DNA of 64,000 nt from positions 3,648,001 through 3,712,000 of the forward strand of contig OZ242260.1 of NCBI GenBank assembly GCA_965207065.1, written 5' to 3'. The position numbers were made by a program, and so were the translations under genes. The stretch comes from a bacterium. GTDB taxonomy: Bacteria > UBA8248. The notes under the pieces are model-generated. The model saw only the letters and a list, made by a program, of their open reading frames with translations, made no database searches and was not told the DNA's origin. Each line of letters starts with the position of its first letter. The stretch's first letter is position 1. Shown piece after piece: positions 38,973 to 47,941 of the stretch.

Positions 38973-39629
38973 TCAGATATAAGGCTGATACGGGTTCCGC
39001 TCCGAGACGGGCGCGTCCTGTAAGTGCGCCAGGGAGTTCATCGTCACGACGCTCCAGCCCCGCTCGGGCGTATGCTCGATGATGTTCATCGCCGCGTTGT
39101 GCTGACGTATGCGCCTGAAGCCGTTGAGCTCCACGCCCAGAATCCGGCACAGGATCATGATGATCGCCAGATTGTGGCTCACCGCGGCGATGACCTCGTT
39201 TTCATGCGCAGCGAGGAAACGCTCCATCGTGGCCCAGGCCCGCTCCTGCAACTCCGCGAGCGTCTCGCCGCCCGGCATGCGCGCGCGAGCGGGCTGGTTC
39301 CACCATACGTGCATGAAATCGGGGTGCGTCTCGGGAAGTCTGCGAAAGGGCTCTCCCTCGAGTTCGCCCTGGTTCAGTTCGGCGATGCCCGCTTCCTCGT
39401 GCAGGGGCGCATCGAGGGCTTGCGCGACAATCTCGGCGGTGCGCCTCGCGCGCATCAGCGGACTCGCATAGACGCGAACGATCGGGCGTTCGCGCAGCGC
39501 GCATGCGAGCGCTTCGGCCTGTGCGACGCCCACGTCGTTGAGCGCGGTGTCAGAGACGCCCTGTATGCGCTGTTCGACGTTCCAGTCCGTCTCACCGTGT
39601 CGCAAGAGATAGAGAAGCAAAGCTGTCAA
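38973..39629 (-). CDS. Histidine phosphatase (phosphoglycerate mutase family)
   Basis: LRHGETDWN, SPL.RA..TA, E...G..EG, VSH. Confidence 0.9.
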   Translation of the reverse strand: MTALLLYLLRHGETDWNVEQRIQGVSDTALNDVGVAQAEALACALRERPIVRVYASPLMRARRTAEIVAQALDAPLHEEAGIAELNQGELEGEPFRRLPETHPDFMHVWWNQPARARMPGGETLAELQERAWATMERFLAAHENEVIAAVSHNLAIIMILCRILGVELNGFRRIRQHNAAMNIIEHTPERGWSVVTMNSLAHLQDAPVSERNPYQPYI

Positions 39630-39664
39630 ACTCCGGTGGGGGCGACGCCCGGGCGAGCCTCGCC

Positions 39665-40228
39665 TTAGTTGTTGTCCTCTTTCAGAAAGTCATCGGGCTT
39701 GAGGTCCTTGAGCCATTCCTTGATGTCTTCGGGCTCCTCCTCCATCGGCTTTTCCGAGTCGGGGGGATTGTCTTCTCCTCCGCGCACCTCCATGCCGGAA
39801 ACGCCCTCTTTCACTTCCTCTTCGTTGAACTGGATGCTCTTCGCCTCCTCGAGCACCTTCTCCTCCACGAAAATCGGGCTTTCCATGCGCAGGGCCACGG
39901 CGATGGCGTCTGAGGGTCTCGAGTCGACGACGATTTCCGAGCTGTTCACGGAAAGATGTATTTCGGCGAAAAATGTATTGTCCCGCAGATCGTTGATGAG
40001 GATTTTATCCACCTTGCCCTTCAAGTCGTTGATCATGTTCTTGATCAGATCGTGGGTCATCGGACGCGGCGTCTCGAAGCTCTCGATCTCGCGCGCGATG
40101 GCGTGCGCCTCGAAAATGCCTACCCATATGGGCAGCGCTCGATCTCCCTCGGTCTCGCGAAGCACCACAATCGGAACATTGGTGTGCGGATCGAGCGTGA
40201 GGCCCTTGACTTTCATCTCGATCATCAT
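39665..40228 (-). CDS. Bifunctional nuclease family (DUF151)
   Basis: LPIWVG.FEA.AI, PRPMTHDL, DSRPSDAIA.ALR. Confidence 0.92.
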   Translation of the reverse strand: MMIEMKVKGLTLDPHTNVPIVVLRETEGDRALPIWVGIFEAHAIAREIESFETPRPMTHDLIKNMINDLKGKVDKILINDLRDNTFFAEIHLSVNSSEIVVDSRPSDAIAVALRMESPIFVEEKVLEEAKSIQFNEEEVKEGVSGMEVRGGEDNPPDSEKPMEEEPEDIKEWLKDLKPDDFLKEDNN

Positions 40229-41619
40229 GCGTCTTCCTCCATCGCCACTGCGCTTGGCGGCGAGACTCCGGCCAGAGAGTGAATACCGCCCCTCATGATT
40301 TTCACCTCGACCACATCCCCAGGCTCCGGTGTATAACCCTCCGCGTATAATTGTACCCTGTGATTGCCTCGACTGCGACCCGCATACCAGTTCGAATCCG
40401 TTTCATCGGCAAAATTCACGCACCCCGCGCATCCTGCGGGCGCGCTCTTGGGCTTCACGGCTCCCTCCACCATCACCTCCTGAACGCCGCCGACGAGTTC
40501 CGCATGCAGATTCTCCGTCATCTCGCGCTGCACCCGGCTCGCCTCCTCGAAGCGTTCTGTGAGCACTTCATCGGGAAGGGTGTCCGTCATGTCGAACGCG
40601 GGCGTTCCGGGCCGGGGGGAGTATTTGAACATGTAAATGTTGTCGTAGCGCGCCTCGCGCAAAATGCGGAGCGTACCCTCGAAATCCTCGTCCCTTTCGC
40701 CGGGGAAGCCGATGATGACGTCAGAAGTCAACACCCCGTTCTTTACTCGCTCCCTGAAGAGGGAAACCTTTTCGAGATACTCTTCCGCCGAATAGCCGCG
40801 CTCCATGCGCGCGAGCACCGCGTCCGCCCCCGATTGAACCGGAAGATGAAGATGCTCACACACTTTTGAGGATTCCCCCATTGCGTCGACCATATCCTCA
40901 TCACAATCATTTGGATGCGACGTCATGAAGCGGATGCGCGCGAGCCCGTCCACCTTGTTCAGGCGCCTGAGCAGTCCACCGAAGGAAAGCTCATCCGGTG
41001 ATTTGAGACCGTAGGAGTTCACGTTCTGGCCAAGGAGCGTGACCTCCCGGAAACCCTCCTCTACCGCACGCTCTACTTCTTCCACGATAAGTTCGCTCGG
41101 CTTGCTCCACTCGGGACCGCGCGTATAGGGCACGACGCAGAAGGTGCAGAAATTATCGCATCCGCGCGCAATGCTCACGAAAGCGTTCAGCCCGCCTCCG
41201 CGCACCATCGGAGCGAGTTCTGTGAAATCAGGCGCAATGGGCTCGGTATCGACCACCCGGCGCTCCTCCATCTCCTCGAGCAGCATCGGGAGCTTGGCGA
41301 TGTTCTGGGTGCCGAATACGAGGTCGACCGCTTTGCCGCGCTTCGCAATCGCCTCCCCGTCGCGCGTGGCGAAACAGCCGCACACACCGACTTTGAGGGC
41401 GGGATTCGTTTTCTTGAGCTTGTCGAGGCGCCCGATCTGGCTATAAACCTTCTGCTCCGCCTTGTCGCGTATCGAGCAGGTGTTCAGCAGTATGAGGTCG
41501 GCCGCCTCGTTAGATTCGGTCTCCTCATACCCTTCAGCTTCCAGATATCCGGTAATCGTCTCCGTATCGTAGCGGTTCATCTGGCAGCCGTATGTGAATA
41601 TCTTGAACTTCTTGCTCAA
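40225..41619 (-). CDS. miaB: tRNA-2-methylthio-N6-dimethylallyladenosine synthase
   Basis: TYGCQMN, NTCSIR, GCDNFCTFCVVPYTRG radical-SAM motif, YSPRPGT, TRAM domain. Confidence 0.95.
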   Translation of the reverse strand: MSKKFKIFTYGCQMNRYDTETITGYLEAEGYEETESNEAADLILLNTCSIRDKAEQKVYSQIGRLDKLKKTNPALKVGVCGCFATRDGEAIAKRGKAVDLVFGTQNIAKLPMLLEEMEERRVVDTEPIAPDFTELAPMVRGGGLNAFVSIARGCDNFCTFCVVPYTRGPEWSKPSELIVEEVERAVEEGFREVTLLGQNVNSYGLKSPDELSFGGLLRRLNKVDGLARIRFMTSHPNDCDEDMVDAMGESSKVCEHLHLPVQSGADAVLARMERGYSAEEYLEKVSLFRERVKNGVLTSDVIIGFPGERDEDFEGTLRILREARYDNIYMFKYSPRPGTPAFDMTDTLPDEVLTERFEEASRVQREMTENLHAELVGGVQEVMVEGAVKPKSAPAGCAGCVNFADETDSNWYAGRSRGNHRVQLYAEGYTPEPGDVVEVKIMRGGIHSLAGVSPPSAVAMEEDA

Positions 41620-41699
41620 AACACACTCTCCATTATCCGCCCGGCCATCGACGCTACGAAACTCCTGGGCGGCGCGGGTTGCGGGAAATCATTGGGGCC

Positions 41700-41728
41700 A
41701 TATTGCGAGGGCGCGTTTTCGATGTCAA
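41700..41728 (-). promoter_or_regulatory. Sigma70-type promoter upstream of miaB
   Basis: Minus strand TTGACA-17 nt-CAATAT. Confidence 0.45.
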
Positions 41729-41812
41729 CTTGAATGATGGAAAAGAACCTTCGATTTTGTTAAAGCTGTCGAGGGTTTGCAATTATTTCTCCTGCAGAGC
41801 GGGATGAATGCC

Positions 41813-42373
41813 ATGCGCGTTGTATGTTTTCATGGAAGACGCGAAATCGGCGGGGAGGACCTTTTCCTGAACGCTGCGCGCATCTTCGCCGGCGCAGCCA
41901 ACCGGGCCGGGTTCTCCGCCCAGGTGCGTACGCCAGGCTTCCCCTCCCCGCCCGGCTCGCCCGACAGGGCGGTGGTGAAAATTTCACGAGATCAATTCGC
42001 CGATCTCGCCATCCCGGCGGAGTATGATCTCGAAATCGTCTGCGACCCCCTCCTCGCCGTCGTCCCCCCGATGGGAAACGCCTTAAAGCCCGGCGGCGTC
42101 CTGGTCTTGAACACGCAAAACGTCATCCAAGGCCGCGAGATCCGCATCGCTTCGCTGGACCTGGACGCCATTGCCTCGGAGCACGCCGCTACGCCCGAGG
42201 CGACGCATCTGGGAGCGGCCCTTGCCGGCTGGGAAACGCTGGAGGGCGGGATATCTACCCTAAACGTCATCGAGGCGTACCGAGAGATCAGGGGCGAGGC
42301 CATGCCCGTGGCGGAAGAAGAAGCTCTATCCGAAGCCGTCTCGGCGACGCAAAGAGCATTAAATTCTGGATAG
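41813..42373 (+). CDS. Divergent 2-oxoacid:ferredoxin oxidoreductase gamma-subunit-like protein
   Basis: V.FHGR..GG...AA.I.A.AA...G, VKIS, D....DP.L, LKPGGVLVLN. Start uncertain (41804 or 41813). Confidence 0.55.
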   Translation: MRVVCFHGRREIGGEDLFLNAARIFAGAANRAGFSAQVRTPGFPSPPGSPDRAVVKISRDQFADLAIPAEYDLEIVCDPLLAVVPPMGNALKPGGVLVLNTQNVIQGREIRIASLDLDAIASEHAATPEATHLGAALAGWETLEGGISTLNVIEAYREIRGEAMPVAEEEALSEAVSATQRALNSG

Positions 42374-42548
42374 CGAGCAGTCGGACCGGGTGAGATCGCA
42401 TTTTTTGTGCTGCATTCATTCTTTTTCCCGAAATCTTCCCGTTTCCGTTGACCGCCCATTGGCGCAAAGTGTAGTTTGTGCGCATCGTTTCCGCCCGGTG
42501 GAAAATGAATAACTCCTCGCCTACCTCACCCGCCCACGGAAAACACGG

Positions 42549-43793
42549 ATGAAGCGACTCTCGCGCATAGGCGCGCTTTCCCTTTTGATCATCGCGCTCC
42601 TGGTTTATGGATGTTCTTCGTTTCACGAGAATTCTCTCGTGCGATTTTTTGCGCCCAAACCATTCGAAATCGGCCTTTGGGTGCAGGCGGAGGGCGCGAA
42701 CCGTACCTTCGACAGCGCAGAAAAAATCAAGGCGCTGGTGAAGCGATCTTGCACCGCAGGCGTGACGGACATCTACGCGCAGGTCTACCGCTCGGGCCGC
42801 GCGTGGTTTCCCACCAGACTGGCCGATGACTCCCCTTCAAGGCGCGCGGGACAAGACCCGCTGGCCTTGCTGCTCGATCTGGCCTCCCGAGAGGAGGAAT
42901 ACGGCTGCACCATCAGGGTTCATGCGTGGATAAATGCTTTCGCACTTGCGAGAAACAAGAAAGCGCCCATCATCCGCGAACTCGGGAAAGAAGCCGTGCT
43001 CAAGGATCAACACGGGCGCTCACTCCTCGAATATCCCCTTTCGGGAAAACCCGCATGGGCGAAAGGCTTCGGCCTCGGAACACCGGGAATATTTCTCGAC
43101 CCCGGCAATCCGGGCGTGCGGGGGCGCATCGTCGAGGTCTCGGCGCATCTCGTGCGGAACTATCCGCGACTTGCGGGCATCCATCTCGATTTCATCCGCT
43201 ACCCCTACGCGCTACCCATATCGCCGGGCTCTCGTTTCTCCCCGCGTCTTGATTTCGGCTACAGCGAGGCTTCGGTCGCCCGTTTCAAGCAAGAAACCAG
43301 GAAAACAGCGCCACGCGCTGGCGCGAGCGTGAAGCGGACGGACGCGGCGGCCTGGGACGCCTGGCGTCGCGCGCAAGTTACGGCGGCGGTGCAGGGCGTC
43401 TATGAGACAACTAGAGGTTTAAGGAAACAAGTTATTGTTTCTGCTGCTGTTCTCCCCTGGGCGGAACGGGCCTATCTCTCCGCGTTTCAGGATTGGCGCG
43501 GTTGGCTGGAAAGCGGGTTTCTGGATAAGGCCGTGGTCATGAACTATTCCCGCGATGAACATCTGGCCACCCAGATCAGCCGAAGCGCACTCGCCGCCAG
43601 GAGGGTGAGAACCCTGAATCCGCATACACCCAGGGTCGTCATCGGTTTAGGAGCTTATCTGTTCAGTAAAAATCCCGCGGGCCTATGGCGCGAATGGCGC
43701 GCCGCACGGGAGGCGGGAGCCGACGGCGTTGCCCTGTTCTCCTATGATCAGATGGTCGGGAAAGATGCGATGTGGCAATTCCCCGTTCGGTGA
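42549..43793 (+). CDS. YddW/GHL10-like glycoside hydrolase lipoprotein
   Basis: Lipobox LVYGC, YAQV, DPL, VHAWIN, FLDPG.P, GIHLDFIRYP, QDW..W. Confidence 0.82.
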   Translation: MKRLSRIGALSLLIIALLVYGCSSFHENSLVRFFAPKPFEIGLWVQAEGANRTFDSAEKIKALVKRSCTAGVTDIYAQVYRSGRAWFPTRLADDSPSRRAGQDPLALLLDLASREEEYGCTIRVHAWINAFALARNKKAPIIRELGKEAVLKDQHGRSLLEYPLSGKPAWAKGFGLGTPGIFLDPGNPGVRGRIVEVSAHLVRNYPRLAGIHLDFIRYPYALPISPGSRFSPRLDFGYSEASVARFKQETRKTAPRAGASVKRTDAAAWDAWRRAQVTAAVQGVYETTRGLRKQVIVSAAVLPWAERAYLSAFQDWRGWLESGFLDKAVVMNYSRDEHLATQISRSALAARRVRTLNPHTPRVVIGLGAYLFSKNPAGLWREWRAAREAGADGVALFSYDQMVGKDAMWQFPVR

Positions 43794-43830
43794 ATTCGCC
43801 GCCAACCATTGGCGGACAAGCGTTTTGGGC

Positions 43831-43859
43831 TTGCGTGAAACTTATTGGATAGCTATAAT
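43831..43859 (+). promoter_or_regulatory. Sigma70-type promoter for hup
   Basis: TTGCGT-17 nt-TATAAT. Confidence 0.65.
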
Positions 43860-44012
43860 TCGTCTCTAGAAACGTGAATACCCGCCCCGAACATCAATTC
43901 CGCCTAACACATTTTAGTTTCTGTTGTTGGACGTGGTTTCAGCAATTAGATGAGGCGTGAGCGCGCACGCACCGCCCGCGCGCCGCTCAGGGCGAAAAAG
44001 GAGAAGAAGAAA

Positions 44013-44285
44013 ATGAACAAAGGCGAACTCGCAGACGCCATCGCCGCGCAGGCAAACCTGAGCAAGTCGAGCGCACAGGGCGTAGTCGACGCATTCGTGG
44101 GCGCCGTAACCTCGGCGCTCCAGAGCGGAGACAAAGTAACGCTCACGGGCTTCGGCACTTTCAGCGTCTCCCAGCGGGCGGCCCGCAAGGCGCGCAACCC
44201 GAGAACGGGCGAAGAGATAACGGTGGCGGCGGCCACGGTGCCGAAGTTCAAGGCGGGAGCGGGCCTGAAGGCCTCCGTGAACTAG
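44013..44285 (+). CDS. hup: DNA-binding protein HU
   Basis: [29 protein letters not shown]. Confidence 0.96.
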   Translation: MNKGELADAIAAQANLSKSSAQGVVDAFVGAVTSALQSGDKVTLTGFGTFSVSQRAARKARNPRTGEEITVAAATVPKFKAGAGLKASVN

Positions 44286-44532
44286 AACTTACAATCCCGA
44301 AGGCCGGGAAATCCGGCTCGACGCAGCAGAACCCCTGTAACCACGGGATAGTCCTGCCCTGAAGTACAAGGAATATGCGTGGACAACCGGGTGCGGGGAT
44401 AGGTTTGCCCGGACGAAGATCTGAAAATTGTCTTTGCTAATCAATCGGCGCAATAAGGGAGAACCGGGCTTTCGGTTTTCAGCGAAAATGATATTTTGAA
44501 GTTGCATTTCATTTCGGAATAAGGGAGCGGAA

Positions 44533-45342
44533 TCAAGAAATCATGCCGTCTATGGCGACCTCTCCTTCCCATGCCTCCCAGTCCGAAAGCGCATCCACGG
44601 ATTCGTCAATGAATTCCATGTAATCGCCCGTCATACGCGCTCCCTCTTCTATCAGGCGGCACGTCCTCTCCGTGTTCTCCTCGCTGAATGGCAGCCGGAG
44701 TTTTCTCAGGACAATCTTCGTCCGGCCCCCCACGAAGAGCTGGTCGACGTCGTGCATATCACCATAAAACTTGCGTGGCGCGCCGCGAGCCCGCGCGACT
44801 TTCTCCGGCGCACAACCATATAAAGCGCCGAGACCCTCGGCGTATTCCTGTTTCTGCGCGTCGCTCATCGCGTTCTGGGCGTCCCGGAGTTGCTCCCCCA
44901 CCGTCCCGTCGTCGAGATGTATGGCGTAATCCACTGCGATTTCTACCAGCACGTGCGCGAGGTAGTGAAGGGTCGACTCATCGGCCGAAACGTCCATTTC
45001 TTTCGTGAATTCACGCATCAGGGGAATGAGTTCGACCCCCTTGAGGTAGGTGTAGCCCCGCTTTTGGGAGGGAGACAGCCCGCCCCCCACCTTGGCGATG
45101 CTCCCGTAGTGACAGATGTTGTCGACCACCAGATGGCATTTCACCCACAAGAGTTTCGGGAATCGGCCCATGATCCCTGCCGGCGGGGTGAAGCGGTGGG
45201 TTTCCCTCGCCTTGAATTCCCCGGAGAGGGGCAAGGAATCGGGTGCTACGTTATAGACGTAGGCGTCTTCCCCTGCGTGGGGCATCTCGGGGTGACGCTC
45301 CAGCAGTTCCCGCAAAACCAGCGTGTGGCAGTTCGTGAGCAA
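44533..45342 (-). CDS. Hypothetical metal-binding protein, Zn-dependent phospholipase C-like pattern
   Basis: N-terminal His, NVAPD, TH, HLVVD...H, HYLAHVLVEIAVD. Confidence 0.5.
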   Translation of the reverse strand: MLTNCHTLVLRELLERHPEMPHAGEDAYVYNVAPDSLPLSGEFKARETHRFTPPAGIMGRFPKLLWVKCHLVVDNICHYGSIAKVGGGLSPSQKRGYTYLKGVELIPLMREFTKEMDVSADESTLHYLAHVLVEIAVDYAIHLDDGTVGEQLRDAQNAMSDAQKQEYAEGLGALYGCAPEKVARARGAPRKFYGDMHDVDQLFVGGRTKIVLRKLRLPFSEENTERTCRLIEEGARMTGDYMEFIDESVDALSDWEAWEGEVAIDGMIS

Positions 45343-45355
45343 AACCCTCGCCTCC

Positions 45356-46186
45356 CTAAAGCGGCCCCGTCAATGAGTAGCGCCCATCGGCGCACGCGAC
45401 TTCTCCGGATTCCACGAATCTCTCCAGGTACAGCGATATCACGCGCGCGCCAAGGTCTTTCTGACGCTCGGGCAAATCCTGATAAACGAGGTCCGCGATC
45501 TTCGCTGGCGTATCGTGGCCTGCGTTCAGCGCCTCGAGATACTGCACACCGCGCATCTTGCGGTGCTCGATGAGCTCGTCGATTCTGGCAATCGGATCCT
45601 CGATCACCGGGCCGTGTCCCGGATAGATGAGACGGGGGGCGAGCTTCTTCACCTTCTCCAGCGAGTCGAGATAATCGCCCAGATTTCCCTTCGGCGCGAC
45701 CAGCGCCGTGGTCGATGGCAGGAGAATGTTGTCACCTCCCAGGAGAATCTCCTCCTCCTCCCACCAGAAAGAAAGATGCCCGGGAGAATGGCCCGGCGTG
45801 AGAATGGCTTCCAGGCGCATATCTCCCGACTCGATGAATTCCCCTTCCCTGATCGGTAAGACGGGAAGACCCGGCTGCTCTTCTTCCAGGTAGTCCATCT
45901 CCAGAGGGTGGGCGTAGGCCTGCACGCCAAATCTGTCGCACGCCGCCCTGGCGCCGCCCGAGTGGTCGAAGTGGTGATGGGTCAGAACCAGTTTCTCCAA
46001 CACGCCTCCGGTACGCGCCTCCACCCAGGAGAGCATCTCGGGAATACACTCGCGGTAGCCGGCGTCAAACAGGATGAAAGGCCCATCCCCGATGAGGACC
46101 ACCTCCACATGTTCCATGAACGAACCCTTAGGGGCTTCCAGCCTGTGGGTCTGGATAAGTTGCGAACCGGTCGATTTCACGTTCAA
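45356..46186 (-). CDS. MBL-fold metallo-hydrolase (LACTB2-like)
   Basis: THHHFDHSGG, TPGHSPGH, GD, YPGHGP. Confidence 0.9.
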   Translation of the reverse strand: MNVKSTGSQLIQTHRLEAPKGSFMEHVEVVLIGDGPFILFDAGYRECIPEMLSWVEARTGGVLEKLVLTHHHFDHSGGARAACDRFGVQAYAHPLEMDYLEEEQPGLPVLPIREGEFIESGDMRLEAILTPGHSPGHLSFWWEEEEILLGGDNILLPSTTALVAPKGNLGDYLDSLEKVKKLAPRLIYPGHGPVIEDPIARIDELIEHRKMRGVQYLEALNAGHDTPAKIADLVYQDLPERQKDLGARVISLYLERFVESGEVACADGRYSLTGPL

Positions 46187-46547
46187 GAAAAATCCTCTCT
46201 CAGAATTTCATCCAGTGGAGAAAAACTTGCGGGGCCGAGGCCTCGATGAACCGCTCGAGACAACTTGCGTTCGTCCACTGCGAGAGAGACATTTCCTTCC
46301 CTCGCTATTCTCGAGGATGAACAGAAAATCATCGGCCCGGATTTTCGCCAGCCGGAAAAGAAGGTATTTGACAGACACCGAAAATCTGTTATCTTCACTA
46401 TCATAAAAACCCACAGACAGTAAAGAAAACAACCTATTATTGCGTCGTTTTCTATCGTCTGGGAGTTTTTCTGGGAAAAGCGAAGCAAGCGAAACTTTTT
46501 AACCGGGGCTATGTTCCCCACTCTATTCCTGTATGAGGAGATTTTCG

Positions 46548-47654
46548 ATGAAATTCCGTAGCCATTTATTTGTCGCCGCCGTCGTGGCGGTGGCCGTCTT
46601 CGCCTCGGGCGCGCTCGTATCCGAAGCGATGATGAAAAACCAGAAAGAGCTCGTACGCGCGGCGAAAAAAGAGGGCGCCGTGACGATCATTAACCCCCTG
46701 TTCAGTGACCGCACGGCCAAGCGCATGGGCCCCGCTTTCGCCAAGCACTATGGCCTCGGCAGTGGCTTCAAATTCCGTAACCTGCGCAAAGGCACCGGCG
46801 CCACCGTCTCCCAGGTGCGTCAGGAGATGCGGGCCAACAAGTTCACCGTCGACGTCCACGTGGTGAGCGCGCCCGGCTTCTTCGCCGCTGCCCATAAACG
46901 CGGCGCGTACCACAAGCTCGATAGCGCCGAGTGGAACAAACATTTCGCGGGAGTGATCAAAAAAGCCGGTCAGTACGCGAACTACCCCTACGTCGTCACG
47001 CCGCTGGCCTACACCTTCCAGCCGGTGTGGAACAGCGCCTGTAAGGGCATGGAGAAAATCAACGTGACGAAGTATGCCGACACCATCGCGAAGAACGTGA
47101 TGGGCCAGACCATCGCCGGCGACATCACGAAGAGCTTCACCTACACCAACACCGTCATCTCGCTCATCGAGAACGGCATGGACATGAACAAGTACTGGGA
47201 CGCCCTGAAAGCCACGAAGCCCGTCGTCATGTTCCGCACGGAGCCGAAGATGCAGGTGCTCATCAACTGCGAGCGCGGCCTCGACCCCTGGAACATTACC
47301 GGCCGTGTGTATCAGAACGTCATCAAGAAGCCCGACCTCGCTAAAGTCCTCAAGATAGGCTACTACGAAGAAGGCCAGGTCATGCTGGGCAACCAGGCGG
47401 CTGTCCTGAACGGCGCGCCGAACCCCAACGCCGGCAAACTGCTGGTTGAATTCCTCCTCACCAAAGAGGGCACCGACGTATACGTGGAAGGCGAGGCCGT
47501 CTACAGCTTCCGCGCAGGTTACAAGCCACCTAAGGTTGTGGCTCCCTACCTCCTCGACCTCAGCAAGCATAAGCTGCTGGGTCTCAAGGACTGGGTGTCA
47601 GCACAGAAGAAATTCAAGGCGACGCGCGCCGAATTCATCAAGCGCTTCAAGTAG
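46548..47654 (+). CDS. ABC transporter substrate-binding protein (Fe3+/polyamine/thiamine type)
   Basis: Signal peptide, AAKKEG.V, APNPNAGKLLVEFLLTKEG. Confidence 0.85.
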   Translation: MKFRSHLFVAAVVAVAVFASGALVSEAMMKNQKELVRAAKKEGAVTIINPLFSDRTAKRMGPAFAKHYGLGSGFKFRNLRKGTGATVSQVRQEMRANKFTVDVHVVSAPGFFAAAHKRGAYHKLDSAEWNKHFAGVIKKAGQYANYPYVVTPLAYTFQPVWNSACKGMEKINVTKYADTIAKNVMGQTIAGDITKSFTYTNTVISLIENGMDMNKYWDALKATKPVVMFRTEPKMQVLINCERGLDPWNITGRVYQNVIKKPDLAKVLKIGYYEEGQVMLGNQAAVLNGAPNPNAGKLLVEFLLTKEGTDVYVEGEAVYSFRAGYKPPKVVAPYLLDLSKHKLLGLKDWVSAQKKFKATRAEFIKRFK

Positions 47655-47673
47655 GACGAATATCGGTTGTTGC

Positions 47674-47722
47674 CCGGAAGGGTGGGAGCCTCTCAATAGG
47701 GGCTCCCACCCTTCCGGTTTTT
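47674..47722 (+). terminator. Strong hairpin with T-run after the SBP gene
   Basis: CCGGAAGGGTGGGAGCC...GGCTCCCACCCTTCCGG-TTTTT. Confidence 0.85.
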
Positions 47723-47941
47723 ATCATGAAACGGGAAATGAGCGGCGCGCCATGCCGCGAGGATTCAGTCGGGGATGGCCGAGAGCGCATCAGCCGCAAG
47801 CCCGGCGGAGCCTTCGCGAGATAGTGAGCCGTGAAGATATTCTATTAACTGACTCCCCCCGCGAATCAGCGCACTGGCTTGTGGGGAGAAACTTTTGAAG
47901 GCGGCGCATGATTCGCCGGAAAGATTTTATCTGATACAGCT

